IMG/VR virus record: IMGVR_UViG_3300005265_000018
Source: an uncultured virus (IMG/VR IMGVR_UViG_3300005265_000018)
Lineage: Duplodnaviria > Heunggongvirae > Uroviricota > Caudoviricetes
DNA length: 64,000 nt
Reading direction: 5' to 3' (one strand)
The translations under genes and the position numbers were made by a program. Positions 20,800 to 29,200 of this stretch are shown piece after piece. Each line of letters begins with the position of its first letter. The stretch's first letter is position 1. Under the pieces are notes generated by a model that ran no database searches, was not told the DNA's origin, and saw only the letters and a list, made by a program, of their open reading frames with translations.

Positions 20800-22851
20800 A
20801 TGTCAGAGTTAACAGAGATTTATGTGCCATCGAATTATTCCAAGGAGGAACAGGAAATGATGCAATTATTTATATTACAGAGGGATGACGCTAAATTGTA
20901 TTTTACACAAATTATTAAACCTCGCCTAGATAGGGCTTATAAGCTCTATATTGCCGATACCACCGATAGAGCTAAGGAAATTAAACAATGGCAGTCAAAC
21001 ATAGTAGTGCCATATATTCATTCAGTAATAGAAACCCTAAAGCCACGCATCTTGGACGCAAGACCAGATTTTACAGTACAAGGTAGAACAAAAGAAGATC
21101 AAGGGAAATCTAAAAAAATACAACAATTATCTGATTATACATGGGAAATAGCGGGGTGCGACAGAACATCTGAATTAGTGACTAGCTCTGCTCTGATATA
21201 TGGGATGGGCTATCTACAGGCATATTGGAAAAAAGACAAGCGACAACAGCAATTTTTAAGCACCAAAGATTTAACCACCAAAAAATATAAATGGAATAAG
21301 AAAAATAAAATATTCTATGACGCCCCCTACGCGGAATGGGTAGACAATTATACTTTGTGGTATGATTGGCATAATCAGGATGCCGTTAATAAGCAATATT
21401 GGTTTAAACGCTTGTTGCTACCCGATGACGTGATTAGAAGGAAATATTCTTATGTAGATAAAAAGAGGTTAGAAATAGCTTTAGCATCTACCGATAAAGA
21501 TATTACTGATTATGGGGCTATTAGACAGCAAGTAAAATTAGCACATGAAAAAATTACCAAAGGGTCTGATTATTTAGTTAGTGGTCCGAATATATTTGGC
21601 ACTCAACAAGATACTCAGACAAAGACTAAATTAAATGAGGTTTTTGAATGGGTTCGTCCATATGATGACAGGGTAGCGATAATAATTAATACAGTGCCAG
21701 TTTTAAAGGGTGGCTCTATGCCATTTCCCTACGATTTTAAAGAAACACCGTTTATTGGTATTCCTTATTTACAATTGCCAGGTGAATATGAGGGATATGG
21801 GTTGCCATTGATTTTGGAAAATCCACAAATTATGCTTAATTCCATTAAGAATCAGCGGATTGATGCTATGACTTTAAACATTCATAAAATGTGGATAGTT
21901 AATCCATTAGCCAATGTTAATAAAGAAGATTTAGTGGTTAGACCATTTGGAATTATTTATTCCATTGATCCAAGCGGGGTTAAAGAAGTATCTACCTCTG
22001 ACATCAAACCCAGTGCTTATAAAGAAGAAGAATTATTAAAGGGTGATATGCGGTATTCTTCTGGGGTAGATGATTTTTCTATGGGGGTTGGTTCATCGGG
22101 CAGACAAAGTGCTACAGAGGTTAGGCATTTACGGGAATCAACATTAGAAAGGGTAAGATTGTTTGTTAATCATTTGGGGGATGGTTATGCCCAATTATTG
22201 CGATATTGGATTTCTATGTGGAGACAGTTTTTAACAAAGAAATTAGGAATTCGCATTACAGGCGAAGATGGTGAGACCGAATTTCCCTTTATTGAACCAG
22301 ATGATTTAAAAGGTGAATATGATTTTAAAGCTACAGTTATACCCGCTATTGCTGGACAAAATGACGTTAAACGCAAACAAGATATGGACTTATACCAGTT
22401 ATTGGTTGGTTTGCCATTTATTGATCCAGAAAAATTAACCGCTAAAATGTTACATGATTGGAGTTGGAATATAAAGTCTATTAAAAAAGAAGAAGAACCA
22501 GGGCAAATGCCAATAGAAGTAATGGGAGGGGAAATGTTATCATCACCAGAACGTTCGGGTAGAGTGTCTGATAATATAGCGAAAGAAGTGATGGACTTAC
22601 TGGGTAGTAACAACCAATCATTTACTGGACAAGGAGCAAAAAAGTCATTATTTGCCGAAATGGGAGCCCCTGTTAATTTATTAAAAACACAGGGCATGAT
22701 ACCTCCCACACCAATGGGGGTTAAACCAACTACTAATCCAAGGGGATTAAACAGGAAGATGGGTGGTAAAGTGTCAACCAATATTCCATTACGAGAAACA
22801 GCTAATCCCGAAGGTTCATTAATGAACAGAGTAAATGATATAAATAAATAA
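20800..22851 (+). CDS. Portal protein
   Basis: 683 aa after terL; YGMGY, PF...GYGL, SATEV motifs typical of P22-like portals. Confidence 0.85.
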   Translation: MSELTEIYVPSNYSKEEQEMMQLFILQRDDAKLYFTQIIKPRLDRAYKLYIADTTDRAKEIKQWQSNIVVPYIHSVIETLKPRILDARPDFTVQGRTKEDQGKSKKIQQLSDYTWEIAGCDRTSELVTSSALIYGMGYLQAYWKKDKRQQQFLSTKDLTTKKYKWNKKNKIFYDAPYAEWVDNYTLWYDWHNQDAVNKQYWFKRLLLPDDVIRRKYSYVDKKRLEIALASTDKDITDYGAIRQQVKLAHEKITKGSDYLVSGPNIFGTQQDTQTKTKLNEVFEWVRPYDDRVAIIINTVPVLKGGSMPFPYDFKETPFIGIPYLQLPGEYEGYGLPLILENPQIMLNSIKNQRIDAMTLNIHKMWIVNPLANVNKEDLVVRPFGIIYSIDPSGVKEVSTSDIKPSAYKEEELLKGDMRYSSGVDDFSMGVGSSGRQSATEVRHLRESTLERVRLFVNHLGDGYAQLLRYWISMWRQFLTKKLGIRITGEDGETEFPFIEPDDLKGEYDFKATVIPAIAGQNDVKRKQDMDLYQLLVGLPFIDPEKLTAKMLHDWSWNIKSIKKEEEPGQMPIEVMGGEMLSSPERSGRVSDNIAKEVMDLLGSNNQSFTGQGAKKSLFAEMGAPVNLLKTQGMIPPTPMGVKPTTNPRGLNRKMGGKVSTNIPLRETANPEGSLMNRVNDINK

Positions 22852-22898
22852 TTTATAAAAAATGATGGAGATATTTTAATTATTAAATAATAAATTTT

Positions 22899-23255
22899 AT
22901 GCCAGACAAAAAAACCAAACAGGGAATATTGAAAAAAATATTGTCCGACTATATTAAAACTATTAAGGGAGCAAAGGAAGCGGCAAAAAATTACGCTTCT
23001 ACAGGCAAGACTTATGTTAAGTTAATTGGAATTAAAGGTTCAACATTGGGTGGACAACGAACAAAATTAGTAGATAAAATGATGAAAAAATATTATCCAC
23101 CTTATACTGTTGTTCAGGGAGGTACAAAAACGCATAAAAAAAGATGGAATGAAGCATATGACTTAGTTAAACAGGGAAAAATGAAGCAAGCCAGAGAATA
23201 TTTGCAGAAATTAAAAGAACAATTTAAAAAAAATAATCCTAATTATCATGGTTAA
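22899..23255 (+). CDS. Basic hypothetical protein
   Basis: ORF in the head module. Confidence 0.65.
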   Translation: MPDKKTKQGILKKILSDYIKTIKGAKEAAKNYASTGKTYVKLIGIKGSTLGGQRTKLVDKMMKKYYPPYTVVQGGTKTHKKRWNEAYDLVKQGKMKQAREYLQKLKEQFKKNNPNYHG

Positions 23256-23276
23256 TAATAATTAAATAAAATATTT

Positions 23277-23588
23277 ATGAATGATAAAAAAAGGTTTATT
23301 ACCGCCGACCAAATGAATGAAAAAGAGATGTGGTCTTTATTGATTGAGTTATCAGGCACAATGTTTTGGGAGGCGATTAAAAGATTTCGTAATATTAGGC
23401 AGATAGTGGCAGAAAGTGCTTTGTGTGCAATTGATCCTTTTAAGAATCCAACATTAATGGCACGAAATCAGGGAATAAGAATTGGTTTGGCAGAATTAGA
23501 AATACAAGTAGAAGCAGAAAAGGAGAAGAGAGAAAGGGTTGCCAGAGAAGAGGAAGAAAGAAATAAAGCAAACATACAAAGTAACTAA
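23277..23588 (+). CDS. Hypothetical head-module protein
   Basis: Between portal and scaffold; ARNQGIRIGL. Confidence 0.65.
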   Translation: MNDKKRFITADQMNEKEMWSLLIELSGTMFWEAIKRFRNIRQIVAESALCAIDPFKNPTLMARNQGIRIGLAELEIQVEAEKEKRERVAREEEERNKANIQSN

Positions 23589-23627
23589 TGTAACTTTTGT
23601 TATAATGTAAATAGATAATAAAAATAT

Positions 23628-23792
23628 ATGGTCGAGAAAAAATGGATACAAAAAGCGATTCAGAAGCCTGGCAGTTTAACTGCTCAGGCGAAAAGAGCGG
23701 GTATGTCTATTAGTGAATTTTGTAGTCAGAAAAATTTAAGTACAAAAACTAAAAAAAGGTGTGCATTAGCGAGAACTTTAAGGAAATTTTAA
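23628..23792 (+). CDS. Small basic phage protein MVEKKWIQKAIQKPGSL...CALARTLRKF (54 aa, not in the ORF track)
   Basis: Manual translation; follows the promoter motif at 23592-23606. Confidence 0.75.
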   Translation: MVEKKWIQKAIQKPGSLTAQAKRAGMSISEFCSQKNLSTKTKKRCALARTLRKF

Positions 23793-23847
23793 AAATAAAT
23801 TTTTGTCCTATGGTCGGTAAAACGCCCTATGGCCGAGAAAAAAAAGT

Positions 23848-24192
23848 ATGCAAATTAAAAACAATCGTGGTTCAAGTGAACCACAGAATGCTTTAAGTAT
23901 GTTGGAGTGTTCTGTTGATTCTAATTTGGGGATTAATTTTCTCCAAACCAATAGTATTGAAATGTCAGATTACACTACTACTACAAATATGACTTGTTGG
24001 AAGTATTGGCAGGATTACTATTATCCCTGGATAGTTAGGGAAAGTTATCCTGTTTATATTCAAGAAAAGAGTTTGGATAGGGGTAGGCACGCATACGAAA
24101 TAATTAAAATTTTAAAAGACAAAAAATTAATAGAAATAAAAACAGTAAAACAATTTTGTGAGATTATGGATGAATTAATTAAGATATTATAA
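23848..24192 (+). CDS. Hypothetical protein
   Basis: ORF track. Confidence 0.6.
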   Translation: MQIKNNRGSSEPQNALSMLECSVDSNLGINFLQTNSIEMSDYTTTTNMTCWKYWQDYYYPWIVRESYPVYIQEKSLDRGRHAYEIIKILKDKKLIEIKTVKQFCEIMDELIKIL

Positions 24193-24196
24193 AAAG

Positions 24197-24382
24197 ATGC
24201 CTGCTGTCTCAAAATCCCAATTTAAATTAATGCAAGGAATTTGCAACGGAATTTATCCCGATGGTTATCGGGGAATTTCCAAGAAAGTTGCCTGTGAATT
24301 TATTTCTGGTCAAAGTTCGAAGGGGTTGCCAGAACATAAAAGACAGGTTTTAAAAAGGGTGATTAATCGAGTTAAAAAATAA
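24197..24382 (+). CDS. Small basic phage protein (MPAVSKSQ type)
   Basis: ORF track; N-terminus typical of small head-region proteins. Confidence 0.65.
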   Translation: MPAVSKSQFKLMQGICNGIYPDGYRGISKKVACEFISGQSSKGLPEHKRQVLKRVINRVKK

Positions 24383-24600
24383 ATGGGTAATCATAAAAAG
24401 GGCAAAAAGAAAGGTGGTAAAAAAACAGGTATGAAGGGAAGGGATTTAAGAAGAAAGCGACAATTATATGATAAATGAATTAATCCATATTCGAGGTATT
24501 AAAGATACTGCTCATAGTCAGGCCGAAAAAAGATTAAAGGTAGATATGTTTCGTATTTGCAAAAAAAAGAAGAAAATTTTAAAAAATAAAATTATTAATT

Positions 24601-25131
24601 ATGTTAGGCAAGGTGCCGATTAAAATTATGCCAAAAACCAATAAGCCACTTTCTAATAAAATATTATTAGAAAAAAAGAAAAAAAGACAGGCATTATTAT
24701 CCACCTTACGTTCATGGGTAGACAGAATGATGCAACGCCCAGACATGGCCAGTCGGTTAAGACGGAGATCGTTATTGACCAAACCAACGCCAAGACCGAT
24801 TAAACCAACCCCACCGCCAATCAGACCAACTCCAACGCCAAGACCGATTAAACCAACCCCACCGCCAATCAGACCAACTCCAACGCCAAGACCGATTAAA
24901 CCAACCCCACCGCCAATGCCAGTAAAAATACCAAAAGAACCCATACAGCGGAGCAGATATTCGTCTTCCCCGATACGAACGAAACCAGTTACACAGCCAA
25001 ACAGGAATATAGGACAATATATTCCATCACACCCATTAGAATCAGCAGTAAAGCAGGGGAAATTAATTAGGACAGCCGTAAGGAATAAAAGGCAACAACT
25101 TCGGAACAAACTAAAAGGAAGATTAATATAA
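24601..25131 (+). CDS. Basic Pro-rich protein with ~3 x 16-aa (48-bp) repeats
   Basis: PTPRPIKPTPPPIRPT repeats at ~24784-24918. Confidence 0.7.
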   Translation: MLGKVPIKIMPKTNKPLSNKILLEKKKKRQALLSTLRSWVDRMMQRPDMASRLRRRSLLTKPTPRPIKPTPPPIRPTPTPRPIKPTPPPIRPTPTPRPIKPTPPPMPVKIPKEPIQRSRYSSSPIRTKPVTQPNRNIGQYIPSHPLESAVKQGKLIRTAVRNKRQQLRNKLKGRLI

Positions 25132-25353
25132 ATTTATATATAAACTATGAAGGTAGATTTAAAAAATCGTCCTACTGAGGCGAAAAAAATTTCTGAGATT
25201 ATTTCACAGAAGTTAAAAGAAAAAAATCAAGACGGGGTCAAGGAGGGCGTTAGTCTTGAGAAATTGGCCAAAGATTTGGCCAAGCGAAAAGTCGCACAAG
25301 ATAATGAAGAATAGCTTTAGGATCTTAAAATTATTATTAATTAACTATGAAGT

Positions 25354-26223
25354 ATGTCTGAGAACAAAAAAAATCCAGAGTCCACCAATGATCAGGTGGG
25401 TAGCTCAGGAAAATATGTTGATCCTGAACGGGTTAATTTAGCCAATACAGGGGAGTCAACAAAATCAACTCAAGCAGACGGAACGGGTGGTGCCGACACA
25501 AAAGACACCCAAACTGTTGGAGAAACAGTTCCTAAGTCGCAGTATGATGAATTGGAGAAAAAACTTGGTGAACAGGGCGTTGAGCTCGGTGAAGCCAGGA
25601 AGTATAAAGATTTTTTCGAGGAAGTTGCACCATTGATGGAAAAGCTGGATGCTGATCCTAAATTGGTGGAAGCTATCGTTGATGGAAAAATCAATTCCGA
25701 ATTAGTCAAATCTGTGATAGAAGGAGAGGTATCCAATGAGGATGCCAAAAAAGTTACTGAAGCTCACAAAGAAGTGAAAAAAGACTTGGGTGATAAGAAA
25801 TACGAGAAAACTTCGCCAGAGGAAATTGAGAAATTGGTTTCCGAGAAAGTGGCGAAGGGAGTCGGTGAAGTCGAAAAAAAATTCAGCCAAGAATTAGATG
25901 AAGATCGTCGAATCAGAGAGTATGAAAGTGATATTAATTCTTTTATTAGTCGTACTCCTGATTTTGCTGATTTTGCTGATGATATTCAGAAATATGTGGA
26001 CACTCATCCCGAAATAACTGATATTGAAGCTGCCTATGATGCCGTTAAGGGCAAAAGAATAATAGAAAGTGCCAAACAAGAAGAAGAGGAGGGGATAAAA
26101 GAAAAAGAAAAGGATTTGGCAACTAATATCGGTGGTGGTGAATCGCACAGTGCGGGTCCAATGAAGGATGAGAATTTAGCAGATCAGCTGATTGGTGGAT
26201 CTTCTAACCCTAATATTTTTTAG
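25354..26223 (+). CDS. Probable capsid scaffolding protein
   Basis: Acidic, coiled-coil, YDELEKKLGEQG motif; directly upstream of the capsid gene. Confidence 0.75.
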   Translation: MSENKKNPESTNDQVGSSGKYVDPERVNLANTGESTKSTQADGTGGADTKDTQTVGETVPKSQYDELEKKLGEQGVELGEARKYKDFFEEVAPLMEKLDADPKLVEAIVDGKINSELVKSVIEGEVSNEDAKKVTEAHKEVKKDLGDKKYEKTSPEEIEKLVSEKVAKGVGEVEKKFSQELDEDRRIREYESDINSFISRTPDFADFADDIQKYVDTHPEITDIEAAYDAVKGKRIIESAKQEEEEGIKEKEKDLATNIGGGESHSAGPMKDENLADQLIGGSSNPNIF

Positions 26224-26284
26224 TAACTTTAAATGCAGGCTTAGTGACGAACATTAAAAATTAATTGTACTTAGAAAAAGTTAT

Positions 26285-29200
26285 ATGAGTTATCCGTATA
26301 TTGTAATGCGGATATAAAATCTAGCTATGTGCGGGGAAGTGTTGTTAGGTTAATAGTAGGATACCACATGGAGAAATTTTGTGGCGTACCCTAAAAATCT
26401 ATTAAATAGACATTATCCGCAGGCAAAACAATGATAATAAAAGGAAAACGCACTAAGGGAGTTCATTTAAGGAAAAACTTTCATTTATCTGATATTCAGA
26501 AGCAATTATGTTATGGCACTTTATTAGGAGATGCTAGTTTAAATTGGCGATCCAATGGACAATGTAGACTCAAGGTGGGTCATTGCGAAAAACAACAGGA
26601 TTATCTGGAATGGAAAAGGAATTTATTAATGCCATTTATATTACAGAGCGAACCAACTATTGATTTACTTTCAGAAAGTAATTTTAGTAAAAATGGCAGT
26701 AAATTTTATATTTATAACACTATAGCCCATCAAGATTTTACAGATATGGCAGGATTGTTTTATAGAAAAGTGAGTGGTAAAAGAATTCGTTATATTACCA
26801 TGAAAACATTAAAATTACTTAATCCATTCGCTATTTTGATTTGGTATTTGGATGATGGAATATTGACCAAAGATAAGGAAATGAGAATTTATAGTAATGC
26901 TTATAGTTTATCTCACCATAAGGCAATTAAGATATGGTTTTGGCAACAATATCGTATTGAAACTAAAATAGTCCCAACACGCCATGGTGAAAAAATTTAT
27001 TACTTTTTGCGATTTAGTGTTAATAACTCTAAGAACTTGCAAGAATTATTTAATCCTTATATTGACAGTCTTCCAGAATGTATAAAATATAAATTGTTAG
27101 CCTCAACGACCATACGCAAGACACCAATATGGTGATGAGCTGGTCTGATCCCCTTAGAGATATGGGGTGCTAAACAGAGATGTTTGGTAGGTAAAACATA
27201 AATAATTACACAGAGCCTTAATTGAGTAGGACTCGCTTGTGGTAACACAGGGCAATGAAATTCCTCAAATTGCTGGAAACACCTTATAGCCTTAAATTAC
27301 AAAATAATAGTATCCATTGGGTATTGTTAAATGTGAAAATATTTAAGGATTGGTCAATCAGCATGCAAGCCCGTAAGGGAAGCATCAGAGACTAGACGGG
27401 GGAACTCCTAATAGGAGTATGGTATAGTCCGATCTCTATGGAGACATAGAGTTAACATATAATGACTCACGATAGAGGGGCAGTAGCATCTGCCGCTCGT
27501 GATACTGCTGTATCAACAGCAGAAGGCCGTCTTAAATTGGATGTGGTCGACAAGATTTTTCTCTTGGAGCCTAGATTGATTGGGCCCATTTATAGCAATA
27601 TAGATAAAAAAGGGAAAATATGTTAATACGGAAGCAAATTATAAATATTTAGCTATATGCTGGAAACTCCTTTTAAATAATTCATTACCTAAGTGTAAAA
27701 ATATGGATTTAGGGACAATCAGCAGGCAAGATTGTACATTAAACAAAGAATTAGCTTATTTGTTTGGGGTATATTTATCAGATGGATCTATTGTTAATAC
27801 AAATTTTGATTTACAAGTTTGTGATAAAGATTTCGCTGAATTTACCCTTAGTTGTTTTAAAAAAATAATTCCCACTACTCGTGCATATCTACGAGAAAGA
27901 AATGATAATTTGGAATGGAATAAAAATATTAGATATATTATTAGGGTTGGTATGGGGAATTATGCTAATTTTTTTAAACAACAGACAAATAATAAACATC
28001 ATTTACCATTGTGTATATGGGATGCCAATAATGGTTTAAAGAAGTGGTTTATAGCTGGAATTATGGATGGAGATGGATGGATTAGTAAAACAAAAAGAAA
28101 ATCTCCACCATCTCAAATAGGAAAATTCCAATACCGTATTGGTATTGGTGGCGTAGAAGATGGGTGGATATATGAATTCAGAAAATTATTGGCCGAATTT
28201 AGAGTAAAATGTAATAAGGTAGAAAGGGTTGTTACTAAAAATGGTAGGTGGTTTTGTCGGTTTAGTATTAACCCAAAATCATTTTTTGATGCAAAATTAT
28301 TTTTCACTATAAAAAGAAAACAAGAGAGATGTACAATAGCCTCAGAGACTGCACGCTAGACATCCCACTGGGATGAAGATACAGTCCGATCTTTATGGAA
28401 ACATAAAGTTAACACAAAGAATCAACATCCATTGGTAACTCTTCTAACCAATGTCGGGAAAACCTTTGATGGTAAAAGCTGGAAGGGGTCTTCTATTTTA
28501 AAGGCTGCTACTGGCAATCCCGAATTTAAATGGTTTAATCTTAGGACCATATAAAATTTGGCTATATGCTGGAACGAACTTGTTAAATCATAATTACTAC
28601 TAAGTGAAAATATTATGAGTAGAGTCGATCAGCAGGTAACCTCACATCAACTCGCATGGTTGGCGGGAATATGGGATGGAGAAGGAACATTCACTATTTC
28701 TTTTTTACAGAAAGGAAAAGGTAAGTTTTTTCTTTCATCTCAAATTACGCTAACAAATTCTTGTCCATTAATGATCAATGAAATTTCTAAAATTATTGAT
28801 TATTATAAAATAGGGGCACATTTATGGCTTGAAAATCTTCGAACAAAAAAACATAAACAGTGCTATCATTTAACTATTAGAAAACAAGAATGTATAAAAA
28901 AATTTATAGAGTTGGTGTTACCTTATTTAATTACTAAAAAATCTCGTGCAGAAATACTTTATAGATTTGTTTGTAAGAGAATGAAGTATAAAAGAAAAGT
29001 TATACAAGGCTCTAATGGACAACTTAAGGGCGTAAAACCCCAAAGTTATTCAGACGAAGAAATGAGTTTATACGAGCAAATAAAGAAATTAAATTCAAAG
29101 GGTTATAAAGAGGGAACCTCAACGACTGTACGCCAAACACCCAAAAGGGGCGATGATACAGTCTAATCTGCATGGAGACATGCAGCTAATACAAATGTGA

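Noticed and set aside
22185..26148. Minus-strand ORFs opposite the portal, Pro-rich and scaffold genes, and + ORF 25256-25441
   Set aside because: Antisense or overlap shadows of better-supported genes; the real small gene there is probably ~25148-25315
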